From the IMG/VR virus record IMGVR_UViG_3300024258_000005: a stretch of 64,000 nucleotides of DNA; one strand, 5' to 3'. Source of the DNA: a virus. The notes below the pieces were generated by a model. The model was not told the origin of the DNA. It worked only from the letters and a program-made list of their open reading frames with translations, and searched no databases. Below are positions 11,001-19,270 of the stretch, piece after piece (within the stretch, counting starts at the first letter, position 1; the number at the start of each line of letters is the position of its first letter). The position numbers were made by a program, and so were the translations under genes.

Positions 11001-12902
11001 ACTGTAGATGTTAAATATGAATATTTCCCTGAAGATGATAATGCTGATGAAAATGGTATGGTTCAGATTCCAGAAAACGAAACATATAGAACATATACAA
11101 TACCTGATGGAACGATTACTGTTAATCCTCCTGTTGTTAATACGTGGGTTGAGATAGTTGATATTGATACTCCACAAATAGACGATTTTTCTTCTTCAAC
11201 TGAAACAGTTATAGAAAATTTTGAAACACTAAGTACATTAATTGAATTACAAACTAGTTTTAATTTAAACGGAGATATACTTGAGAAGCATTATGAAGAA
11301 ACAAGAACATTAACAGTTGATGCCCCATTTCGATTTATTGATTTAGAAATTTTAGTTACTTTTAAAAATTTAGTAAATAGTCTTGATGTTCGATTTGTTT
11401 TAGATGTTCTTGGTTCAGGTGAAGTATCATCTCCCTCATTATATGATGCAAATGTTAGATATAGAAATGTTGTTGATATAGGTTTTTTACAATCTACTAA
11501 TGGGGTCGTTTATCATATTAGTGATAGGCGATTATTATTTCTTTCACAAACGTTATTAAAAGATAATAGTCTTATAAAGGATCCTAGAGCAGTTGCGGAA
11601 GAAGCAGAAACTCAAAAGAATGCTGGTAATACTGAACTTGATAAATGTTTATTACCTGAAAATCAACAAGAAGTTGTTCAAGTACAACAAGGAATAACTG
11701 AAAATATTACAGCTGCTATTGATTCATTTAATAAAAGCACAGCGGCTTTAATTCCAGAAGTTGTTGAGATAGAACCAATTGATTATAATCCTATTCAATT
11801 GGATACTTTAAAATATTCAATTCCATTAATAGTATTAAATCAAGAACATAATATTATACTACAAATTGTTGACAAGAAGATATTTCTTCAGTTCAAATCT
11901 AATTCCTTGGTGATGTCTGCTCCTTTAATTATTGACCATGAGTTGGTACCTGATGATACTTATATGTTAGTTTTTGGTACAAATAATCTGATGGTTGATT
12001 TAAAATTAATTACTCAGGATAAAATCGTACATGAAATTAGAGGTATTAATTCATCTGGTGTTTCTTTACTTCCTACTATTATTGGTGGTAATGCTGATGG
12101 TACGGAATCATTCTGTGGTGCCACTCTTTTAGATTTAATATTTTCAAAAGGTGGTGGATTATCAGATGATTATTATAATAGATCTGTAATGTCATATATT
12201 CCTAGAACAGCTGCTGTTGTATTTGACTTTAGTGTAAGTCAAGGTTCAAGAGTATTTAACACTATTAATAAAGCAGGTGCTGTTTTTATTAAAGATCAAA
12301 CTGTACTAGATAGATTTAATAATCCTATTGAAGTGGCTGCTCAAAAAGCAGATTACTATGGTGATATTTTATCAAATAATTATTATCAAGTTCTAAATGG
12401 ATACATGGATAATTTCTTTTGTAGAGAGAATTTACAAAATAAAGATTTTACTGTTTCATTATGGTTAAATAAAATAGACACTGTTGAGAGTACACGACAT
12501 ATAATTTTAGCAGATGATATTAATCAGAATTATATTTATTATGATTCTGTTGCTAATAGAATAATTTTGGATATTTATTTAGAAGAGATTCAATTTGTAT
12601 TTATACAGTTGACAACTTGGACACATATAACATTTAAACATAATTATTACAGTAATCGTTTTGTTTTAGATATTCATGAATTGGATGGTGCTTCACACAC
12701 TCTAGCTATTAACTCAAGAATTCAATTTTCACTTATGAGTATTTTTGCTGAGTATAGTTATGACACTAAAAAATATATTAATGAATTCGGCGGATTATTA
12801 AGTACAGTATCAATATTCTTTACAGATATTGATTCACTAACTTATAATACTTTGCACAATGAACAGAGTATTTTAGTTAGAGGTATGGAGAATTTATTAT
12901 GA
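8016..12902 (+). CDS. Large putative virion/baseplate protein (1628 aa) with possible C-terminal LamG/concanavalin-like region
   Basis: Acidic ORF between the spike and PAAR genes. It has Cys clusters (QCCG, CSCL, DCGCDILC), and FTVSLWLNK...WTHITF near the C-terminus recalls LamG. Confidence 0.55.
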   Translation: MKYASSFEDVFTNGYTSESRSLLEAETINSINNNMDDATGTILPPCHLDFGNFGNIEFPWMDIKAAPVNYKLFNKLHQLSNVIRSINDAFISLILEFQCCGIAELYNNSIIPIFEWVLKDFIGVLTDIASGLIQGNQAFKVLVCAVKPVPANPWLGIGGVDYLSTVYSYLNGFEAIYNWIMDGNPVDLILNPVQDFYNKISSCTPINAPVTEVNLELGSERLKELLSSYKNSDKTSPEAITSVQQTFNDFKSYEKDKFVIHRKITDLKNQKIILSYAPEELYAILRTFDIDEELKTLNDEVKQLNTDNAETIKAYNAYQDEEIASTIIESTKLLSSDRLVSKNIDQLLVDKFNPTCSCLTNIIGISAYNLPTYRTIRTWADVDNLSSEVHWGSREIWKTALEKIDDGLSLDTDIVNNIFISRKNIQKLYDDNNSSIDRDNKVTLEVNSYNFGNSISGSDIDYNYIDGNGVREDESFDVSVVSNLPFITWDTQKLYLYSDVYAHSDSDVRTIFDINAERYDEKNRLLKDMAIVTSRKIQIEYRMEEIWNNLRRAAIDKMNFEKFYEATKDTDESFLDLDIFHATSYSTGFESSLDFLSGANMLSKLGAGFDMNKFLLEFQITDFTFDEAETDMENFEFLKIEWIELSKSAGQYDGLITRIDSVIKIDNVVVEIIDQSIQDCGCDILCKLLQWVLDIILSTVNSLIEMIIAKILKMVLNEHVAYIIKVILQYAQCIADIAAFSDNISDIKARASAMNDETSGENAGLNLMKDPAYCDAQATVFNTLDKLLIEDEIHVSHGDANDLDDDDTIIYPDPSFGVIDTDNTPNPGNILINNGTTVKGDIKAGKSIPEVEIICAEDLKPSLTAVLDPVNQYEVLLVFKPSDYINSAPVVEVEQGDIVTPDALDIDGNIINTSEVTSQVQSLSDLLKVAEQQVQEALNAPVYLDTDCEIHATPNTMTLCSTDNLFIESTYIIDDVGEEVVDFDTYGELSANANITVDVKYEYFPEDDNADENGMVQIPENETYRTYTIPDGTITVNPPVVNTWVEIVDIDTPQIDDFSSSTETVIENFETLSTLIELQTSFNLNGDILEKHYEETRTLTVDAPFRFIDLEILVTFKNLVNSLDVRFVLDVLGSGEVSSPSLYDANVRYRNVVDIGFLQSTNGVVYHISDRRLLFLSQTLLKDNSLIKDPRAVAEEAETQKNAGNTELDKCLLPENQQEVVQVQQGITENITAAIDSFNKSTAALIPEVVEIEPIDYNPIQLDTLKYSIPLIVLNQEHNIILQIVDKKIFLQFKSNSLVMSAPLIIDHELVPDDTYMLVFGTNNLMVDLKLITQDKIVHEIRGINSSGVSLLPTIIGGNADGTESFCGATLLDLIFSKGGGLSDDYYNRSVMSYIPRTAAVVFDFSVSQGSRVFNTINKAGAVFIKDQTVLDRFNNPIEVAAQKADYYGDILSNNYYQVLNGYMDNFFCRENLQNKDFTVSLWLNKIDTVESTRHIILADDINQNYIYYDSVANRIILDIYLEEIQFVFIQLTTWTHITFKHNYYSNRFVLDIHELDGASHTLAINSRIQFSLMSIFAEYSYDTKKYINEFGGLLSTVSIFFTDIDSLTYNTLHNEQSILVRGMENLL

Positions 12903-13183
12903 TAGTTGCTAAAGTAGGAGATGTTGCCCCAGGCATGTGTATGTGTGTTCCGTACCCACCTGGACCTTATCCTGCAACTGGTGTTGTAATGACTGGTTCA
13001 GCTTTAGTGTCAACTACTGGTATACCAATAGCTGACGCTTCAAGTATAGTAATGTACCCTTGTGGTACTAGTGTTATAATAGCAACAGGTGTTAATCTAT
13101 TGATGGCTGCTAGAACAGGAGATGTTGTTACTGGGTGTGGAGTAGGAACACTTACAGGAACAAGTACAATAACAAGTTTATAA
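12899..13183 (+). CDS. PAAR-like spike tip protein
   Basis: 94 aa, Gly/Cys-rich, with AKVGD...CMC, TGSALVSTTGIPIA, PCG and AARTGD repeats typical of PAAR/gp5.4. Confidence 0.8.
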   Translation: MIVAKVGDVAPGMCMCVPYPPGPYPATGVVMTGSALVSTTGIPIADASSIVMYPCGTSVIIATGVNLLMAARTGDVVTGCGVGTLTGTSTITSL

Positions 13184-13192
13184 AGGATATAA

Positions 13193-15277
13193 ATGAACAC
13201 AGCAATTCAGAGATTGATAACTGATACGGCAGCGCTAAAGATTACTTTAGATGAAAAGATTGTCGAAACAAACACCGTAGTTGATAATATTAATTCAACT
13301 AAAGATGTTGATGCAACAACTATTATTTTAAATAATTTAAATACTGATTTAATAACAACTGGAGTTTTAAACTTTACGGGTGATTCAACTACAGGAGCAA
13401 ATGCTTTATCTGATAGATTAATACTAAGAGGTAAAGATTTATTATTAATAGCTGACCAAACTGATCAGTTTATTTGTATAGCAACTGATTCATTAACTAG
13501 AGTTATTGATGTATTTTTACATATAAATGCTAAACGTTTTAATTTTACTCTTTTGGATATTTTAGAATTAGTAATATTAAAACAAGTAGAACTTTTAGAT
13601 TATTTAGAATCAAGAGCTTTAAACTTAACAGCAGCAGAAGTGCTTATAACATCTACAACTGCTAATGCTTTAAATAATGAAAAGATTGCTTTATTGAATT
13701 CATTTTCTTCAACTACTGGAGACTTTAAAAATATAATTGATGAATCAATGAATGTTTTAGATATCTTCCAAAAAATATTAGCGGTTAATTCGTCAGTTGG
13801 TGTTGCATTGAGTGTTACAAAACAAGCATGGTCTGAATTAGCCATTATGAATACTTTACAATATGAGGTAGAAGAAGAAGTTTTAGCTCCAGTTAATGAA
13901 GTCGAAACAGTAAATGTTTTATCTGATAGTTTTTTACTAAATAGTAAAGGATTGGGAACATTACATTTAAAATTCTTAAAATATATTCCGCAATTATTTT
14001 TAAACTCTGGAATATATAAATCTGGTTTATATAGTTATGTTGTTCTTAATGAACAAGATTCCTCGCCTTTAATTCCAACTATTCCAACTGAGTTTGAAAA
14101 ATTATTAGTAGGAGACATTAATCTTTTACCTAGAAATTTACCTATTCAATTAGAAGAAATTTTTGGATATATGAGTTTTGTTCAAAATTTAGATACAAGT
14201 GATGTTGCTCTTGAAACTTATTATGATACTTTAATATCTCCTATAATTAGCTTAATTGATTTTAAAGCTTTATTTGTATCTGATGATTATTTAAGTTTTA
14301 TTAATGGTTTATCTAATGGTTTAGATAGTACTAGCATTCCTGAATTTATTGAACAATATCATAATAGATTAAATGTTACAAAATTAAATAATGTTTTAGA
14401 TGATAAAAATATTTCTAGGAATGTTGAATTTCAAGAAGAAATGTTTTTACATGCTTCTTTATTTGATGGTACTAATACATTTTTTAATGCAGAACTTGTA
14501 ACTTTTATTCAAGATGCCTTTAATTCTTATAATGGTAGTTTTGATTACTTAACTGATATTGAAGACTATAAGGTGCAGTATAGAGTTGCTCATTTAGATG
14601 ATACATTAAGAATCAAAAATAATTCTGGTAAAATAAAAATAAAAGAATTTATTGATGATAAACTTACTGTAAATATATCTGATCTTCCTTATAAATATAT
14701 CACATATAGTGACGATCTTCAAATATATTATGCTGAGGTTCAATTTGGTGATATGACTTTTGTAATCAAAGGTGATACTTTAAGATTAGTATATGTTATT
14801 GATTATGAGGGACCTGGTGTTGAAACTATTTTACTTGAGAAGAGAACTTTAATTGTAGATTATAAAATTAGTGGTTATTTAATAAACTCTAATGATATAC
14901 ATTCACTAATATTAAATACATTAATAGAAAATAATATACAAAAAGAATCTGACTTAGTTGCTGGATTAGAAGCTAATAATGTTATAGATATTTCATTATT
15001 ATATGATGATGTTTTAGATGAATATAATATTGTCAAAGATAAAGAATCAATTGAAACAACAACTACTTATATTTCTGAGGATGCTGTTGATAGAATATCA
15101 ACTAACGTAACGAATGCTTATAGACAACAATTGATCGATGGGAATATTGATTATTCTCAAGCTAGAACAAGAAGTATTATTAGTGCTTTACGACATTTGA
15201 AATATCGACAAACATTGGAAGATTTTATTGATCTGACTTGGACGTCTGGTATTCCACACCCAACAAGGTTATTATAA
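13193..15277 (+). CDS. Hypothetical protein (694 aa), probably virion-associated
   Basis: Long acidic ORF with RBS aagga inside the structural cluster; no family recognised. Confidence 0.6.
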   Translation: MNTAIQRLITDTAALKITLDEKIVETNTVVDNINSTKDVDATTIILNNLNTDLITTGVLNFTGDSTTGANALSDRLILRGKDLLLIADQTDQFICIATDSLTRVIDVFLHINAKRFNFTLLDILELVILKQVELLDYLESRALNLTAAEVLITSTTANALNNEKIALLNSFSSTTGDFKNIIDESMNVLDIFQKILAVNSSVGVALSVTKQAWSELAIMNTLQYEVEEEVLAPVNEVETVNVLSDSFLLNSKGLGTLHLKFLKYIPQLFLNSGIYKSGLYSYVVLNEQDSSPLIPTIPTEFEKLLVGDINLLPRNLPIQLEEIFGYMSFVQNLDTSDVALETYYDTLISPIISLIDFKALFVSDDYLSFINGLSNGLDSTSIPEFIEQYHNRLNVTKLNNVLDDKNISRNVEFQEEMFLHASLFDGTNTFFNAELVTFIQDAFNSYNGSFDYLTDIEDYKVQYRVAHLDDTLRIKNNSGKIKIKEFIDDKLTVNISDLPYKYITYSDDLQIYYAEVQFGDMTFVIKGDTLRLVYVIDYEGPGVETILLEKRTLIVDYKISGYLINSNDIHSLILNTLIENNIQKESDLVAGLEANNVIDISLLYDDVLDEYNIVKDKESIETTTTYISEDAVDRISTNVTNAYRQQLIDGNIDYSQARTRSIISALRHLKYRQTLEDFIDLTWTSGIPHPTRLL

Positions 15278-15784
15278 ATGAAATATAAATACGACATTTC
15301 AGCTGAGAAAGAATTTAAAAGAGTTGCCACATTTAAAAGACCACCAAAAGGTTTTATTATCTTTGATAGTTATAACAATGAATGGTTTCCTCTTAAATTA
15401 GTAACAGTTGATAAGGTAGATTTTAATCTACGAATTTTAAAAGACGAATTTCACCGAACATTTGGTGGTAGTGCGATGCAAGAAATTTTTATGCCTTGGC
15501 ATTATACAGTAGAACTTATTTCAAAAAATTATTATTGTATGAATACAAGACCAATTGCTTATAAAAGTTTAATACCTGGATATGAAGATTATATATCCAT
15601 TTGTGTTGTAGGTGATAGTAATTTAGATATTTATTCACCTGAATTCTATAAAGTTATTGCTCACACAGTTATGAATCCAATTCATTATCTTCCAGGTTGG
15701 CGTTTAAATCCTGATGGTAATACAACTTTTCATAATCTGGGAAGTGGTTTTAAAGAAAATAGTTTAGAAAAGAATTTTAGATAA
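15278..15784 (+). CDS. N-acetylmuramoyl-L-alanine amidase (Amidase_2/T7 lysozyme)-fold protein, probably degenerate
   Basis: The ordered elements GFIIFDS, MPWHYTVE, NTRP, YISICVVGD and TFH align with the Amidase_2 pattern IIIH...GYHY.I...GRP...SIGIC..G...GH. Confidence 0.55.
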   Translation: MKYKYDISAEKEFKRVATFKRPPKGFIIFDSYNNEWFPLKLVTVDKVDFNLRILKDEFHRTFGGSAMQEIFMPWHYTVELISKNYYCMNTRPIAYKSLIPGYEDYISICVVGDSNLDIYSPEFYKVIAHTVMNPIHYLPGWRLNPDGNTTFHNLGSGFKENSLEKNFR

Positions 15785-15812
15785 GGAGATATAATGTATA
15801 GTTGGGAAAATA

Positions 15813-15956
15813 ATGATTAATCAGTTAGAAAAATTAAAAAAATTAGATTTAACTGAAAAGGAAGTAGAAGAGCTTGGAATTATTATTGAAGTATTTGATG
15901 ATTATCCGATAAAAGAAGAAGGAACTTTAGATGAGTTTAAATATAAAAATTTTTAA
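15813..15956 (+). CDS. Small hypothetical protein (47 aa)
   Basis: Hand-translated MINQLEKLKKLDLTEKEVEELGIIIEVFDDYPIKEEGTLDEFKYKNF* fills the gap before the next gene; the RBS is unclear. Confidence 0.35.
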   Translation: MINQLEKLKKLDLTEKEVEELGIIIEVFDDYPIKEEGTLDEFKYKNF

Positions 15957-16629
15957 AGATCGATCTATATTGCTTCATAATGATCGATATATTTACGATA
16001 AAGTAATTTATAAAAATTTGAAAACAAAAGTTGATATAATTTGCAAAGATCATGGATTATATCAACAATTACCAATTGTACATTTGCGGGGAAGCGGATG
16101 TTCCAAATGTAGTAAAGTTTATAAATATTCAACATTAAGTTTTATAGAAAAAGCTCAGATAATTCATCAAAATAAATACACTTATAAAAAAACAAAATAT
16201 GTAAACAATTCTAAACATTTAATAATAACATGTCCTCATCATGGTGATTTTAAACAAAACGCTAAAGGACATTTAAATAATAAAAATGGTTGTCCTATTT
16301 GTAAAATACCAAAAGGTGAATTAAAAATTAGAAAATTATTATTGGAAAATAATATAGAATTTACACATCATCAAAAATTTAAAGATTGTGCTTATAAAAA
16401 TAAATTATCGTTTGATTTTTATTTACCCAATTTGAATATGTGTATAGAATATGATGGTATTCAGCATTTTGAACCAGTTGAATATTTTGGTGGAGATAAA
16501 GTGTTTAAATTACAAATTAAAAAAGATTTAATTAAAACACAATATTGTGAAAAGAATAATATAAAATTAGTTAGAATAAAATATAATGATAATATATTAA
16601 AAGTATTGATAGGAGAACATATAATATGA
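15931..16629 (+). mobile_element. Putative free-standing homing endonuclease (two Cys/His repeats plus PD-(D/E)XK/Vsr-like nuclease; DUF723-like)
   Basis: Two repeats (ICKDHG..Q...HL.G.GCSKC and TCPHHG..Q...HL....GCPIC) followed by FDFYLP...IEYDGIQHF and LVRIKY. Confidence 0.75.
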
Positions 16630-17114
16630 TTAATCCATTAGAAAAAGTTAGACCTCGAGTTAATCATTTTAATTATAAAGATCATTCTCATTATGTTTAC
16701 GTTTATCTTAATCCTTTTAGGGAAGTTCAGTCTAAGTATAGATTACCTGGACAATTTATAGAATTTGCATATGAACCTATTTATGTAGGTAAGGGAACAA
16801 GTGGTAAGGGTTATCGTTTAAATCAGCATATTGCTGAATATTTAAAGAATGGTGAAGAAACAAGAAATCATCAAACAATACATAATGAAACAAAAAAGAA
16901 TGCTTTTAAAGAACTTGAGAAAAATATGAAAACATTTGGTCATACGAATGTTAAGTATCCTCGAGATTGGGAAGAGTATCAAAAAGATTGGGTTATAGTT
17001 ATTAAAGCTCTTAATAATCCAGATGCGTTATCTAGATTTGAAAGTACATTAATTAAAACGATTGGAACAGTTCGAAGAGGTACTGGTCCGTTGGTAAATG
17101 CCCTACTGGGTTAA
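16626..17114 (+). CDS. GIY-YIG (LEM-3-like) domain protein
   Basis: YVYVYLNP...PIYVGKG...RLNQH...FESTLI...G...GPLVN pattern. Confidence 0.65.
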   Translation: MINPLEKVRPRVNHFNYKDHSHYVYVYLNPFREVQSKYRLPGQFIEFAYEPIYVGKGTSGKGYRLNQHIAEYLKNGEETRNHQTIHNETKKNAFKELEKNMKTFGHTNVKYPRDWEEYQKDWVIVIKALNNPDALSRFESTLIKTIGTVRRGTGPLVNALLG

Positions 17115-17131
17115 ATAAAAAGGAAAAAAAA

Positions 17132-17503
17132 ATGAAAGAAAGATTACAGTCTGGTAAGATGACTATAAATTGGAACAACATGGATTATGTTGAAGTAGAG
17201 AAAGATGTTGATTGTTACATAGTACATTATATGTTTCGTCCTAAAATAAAAACAGAAAAGTTAAAGATTCTAAAAGAATTTAAAACTGTTACTTTAATGA
17301 GAGACTTTTTTCAGAAGATGAATTTCTTTGAAGTTGGAAATTATTTTGTAAATGCAAATAACTTTTCAGTTATAACTGATGATTCTTATAATGAAAAATC
17401 AAAAAAGAATACTGTTACATGTTATATGAAAAATACTGCTCCTTTAGAAATAGAAATTACTAGAGACCAATGGACATCAATTAAAAATACTAAGCTACTG
17501 TAG
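17132..17503 (+). CDS. Hypothetical protein (123 aa)
   Basis: ORF with RBS aagga; last gene of the + strand block. Confidence 0.65.
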   Translation: MKERLQSGKMTINWNNMDYVEVEKDVDCYIVHYMFRPKIKTEKLKILKEFKTVTLMRDFFQKMNFFEVGNYFVNANNFSVITDDSYNEKSKKNTVTCYMKNTAPLEIEITRDQWTSIKNTKLL

Positions 17504-17515
17504 CTTAGTATTTTT
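17483..17515. terminator. Bidirectional intrinsic terminator
   Basis: aaaaatactaagcta-ctg-tagcttagtattttt, a perfect 15-bp inverted repeat with A/T tracts, at the end of the + block. Confidence 0.75.
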
Positions 17516-17566
17516 CTTGTCTTTAAATTCAAAGAACTAGAAATCTATAAAAAATAAAAAATTTAC

Positions 17567-17600
17567 AGATTTTTGAAAAAACGATCTTTAAAGATAATAA
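17567..17600 (-). repeat. 34-bp element shared with 49262-49295 in inverted orientation
   Basis: Its reverse complement ttattatctttaaagatcgttttttcaaaaatct matches 49262-49295 with one mismatch. Confidence 0.85.
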
Positions 17601-17647
17601 CCATGTAAAATTATATATTAGTTGTTTATTTCGTTATCTAATTTTTC

Positions 17648-17776
17648 TATCTTTAAAGATCGAAAAATTTTATCTTTAAAGATCGAAAAATTTTATCTTT
17701 AAAGATCGAAAAATTTTATCTTTAAAGATCGAAAAATTTTATCTTTAAAGATCGAAAAATTTTATCTTTAAAGATA
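17648..17776. repeat. Tandem array of a 23-bp unit with a palindromic core (5 full copies plus 1 partial)
   Basis: Unit tatctttaaagatcgaaaaattt starts at 17648, 17671, 17694, 17717 and 17740, with a partial tatctttaaagata at 17763. The core atctttaaagat is a perfect palindrome and there are no spacers. Confidence 0.95.
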
Positions 17777-17807
17777 AATATTCCTCTGAACTGAGCCACA
17801 AGAAATT

Positions 17808-17834
17808 ATTGCATATACTTTGAGTATATGCAAT
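17808..17834 (-). terminator. Hairpin terminator downstream of the - strand block
   Basis: attgcatatact-ttg-agtatatgcaat, a 12-bp stem. Confidence 0.6.
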
Positions 17835-17914
17835 TTATTTTATTGTTCGATGATTTGTATTACCTTCGATATAAAACCTTGTAAACCTATAGATATGTGA
17901 AGATTACCCTATAT

Positions 17915-19252
17915 TTAAAATACTCTCCAATCTCCGTTTACATATAGAATTGTACTAACACTATCATTTACTGTTAGATTATAATCAGTACTTGAACCCA
18001 TAATAAGAACAGGTGAAGTTAGTATAACATTCTTGATATTAAAATTACTTTTAATATCAAGAATTTGAATTGATTCATTGTCAGCTAAGGGAGTTCCTAA
18101 TGTGACTATAATTGATCCATCTTTGTTTGGTACTAAATTAGTAATCGTAGCATCTGAACTTGTCATGGTAAATGCTACACCGGGCACATCTGCCGTAACT
18201 ATAATAGCTTGACCAATAACTACTGCAGTGACAACACTACCAACATTGGTATTAATAATATCTTTAATTCCAATTAAAATAGAAGTTTCACTTGAGTTTT
18301 GATTATTAATAATTATTGTAGATGTAAATGTTCCTGCTGTAACCCCTAATGTAAATGGAGTACCACCAACGTTAGCATCTACTGTAATAGAGGTTGCATT
18401 ATTTGTAATAGTAACTGGTTGAGCTGCAGCATTTAATGAAATAACAAGACCATCAATAATTTCAACAAGTGTAGTAAGATGATTTGGTGTTGTTATTGTT
18501 GCTGTCATTGTACCAGTTGTAACAACTGCAATATGAGATGTACCAGCAACATCCGATGTCACTGTAAAAGTTCCTAGTAAATCGGTTGCTGTTACACTAG
18601 TGTTTATAAGTACTTCATTATTAATAGCTAAAACTAATCCTGCTGTAATTTCTTCAATTGTTGCGCCTACACCTGAAGTAAAACCTATTAACGTACCATT
18701 GATTGTAACCTCATATAACGTGCTATCTACAGCTGTTATCGTATCAATCGTAGTAACCTGTGCATCTGTTGTTAAACTCGTATAACTCGCAGCTATGCCA
18801 TTTAGAGTAGCTGTATATAATGTTGAGTCCGTTACAACAAAATTTTCTAATACGTTTTGTTGAGCAACTGTAACACTAGTATGTAAACATGGAGTACCAT
18901 TAATAGTAACAGTATAAGGTGCATTGTCCAAAACAGCTATAGCGGAAATTTCATTTTTTTGTGCTGTAGTAACAGTTGTATCACATAATAAAAATTCATT
19001 ATCCTTAGAAGTATAATCATCTGTTACTGTTACATAATCTGGTGTAGTTGGTGTATCTATAATTTTCTTTAAATTGAAATTGATTTTATCAACCATTCTA
19101 TCATCACCTTCAGGAATAAAATATATTCCTGAAGCTTCTGGTGTGTCTGGACTAAAATCAAAAGTTCCATTATCATAATCTAATTGGTCCGCGGCTTCTC
19201 TTGCAATTTTATTTGCATCCGCTGCGGCGAATAAGTCATTTAATTCTGGCAT
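17915..19252 (-). CDS. Tail-fibre/virion decoration protein with three internal Y-x-x-T-x-N-G beta repeats
   Basis: Thr/Val-rich repeats YTVTINGT, YTATLNGI and YEVTINGT. The C-terminal IVTLG...IQILD...NF...LIMG...YNL......LYVNGDWRVF resembles a common phage fibre domain. Confidence 0.6.
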   Translation of the reverse strand: MPELNDLFAAADANKIAREAADQLDYDNGTFDFSPDTPEASGIYFIPEGDDRMVDKINFNLKKIIDTPTTPDYVTVTDDYTSKDNEFLLCDTTVTTAQKNEISAIAVLDNAPYTVTINGTPCLHTSVTVAQQNVLENFVVTDSTLYTATLNGIAASYTSLTTDAQVTTIDTITAVDSTLYEVTINGTLIGFTSGVGATIEEITAGLVLAINNEVLINTSVTATDLLGTFTVTSDVAGTSHIAVVTTGTMTATITTPNHLTTLVEIIDGLVISLNAAAQPVTITNNATSITVDANVGGTPFTLGVTAGTFTSTIIINNQNSSETSILIGIKDIINTNVGSVVTAVVIGQAIIVTADVPGVAFTMTSSDATITNLVPNKDGSIIVTLGTPLADNESIQILDIKSNFNIKNVILTSPVLIMGSSTDYNLTVNDSVSTILYVNGDWRVF

Positions 19253-19270
19253 AATTTTCCTTTGTTTATT

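Noticed and set aside
15794-15820. 8-codon ORF MYSWENND behind a strong aaggag RBS, possibly frameshifting into the 47-aa ORF
   Set aside because: The GGGAAAA run is not in the frame needed for a canonical -1 slip. It is too short to support, though it might be a leader or a decayed gene start.
17648-17776. CRISPR mini-array
   Set aside because: The 23-bp units are directly adjacent with no unique spacers, and there is no cas operon nearby.
17516-17914. tRNA or structured ncRNA in the largest intergenic gap
   Set aside because: No cloverleaf, T-loop (GTTCRA) or CCA pattern found; the region is explained by repeats and two hairpins.
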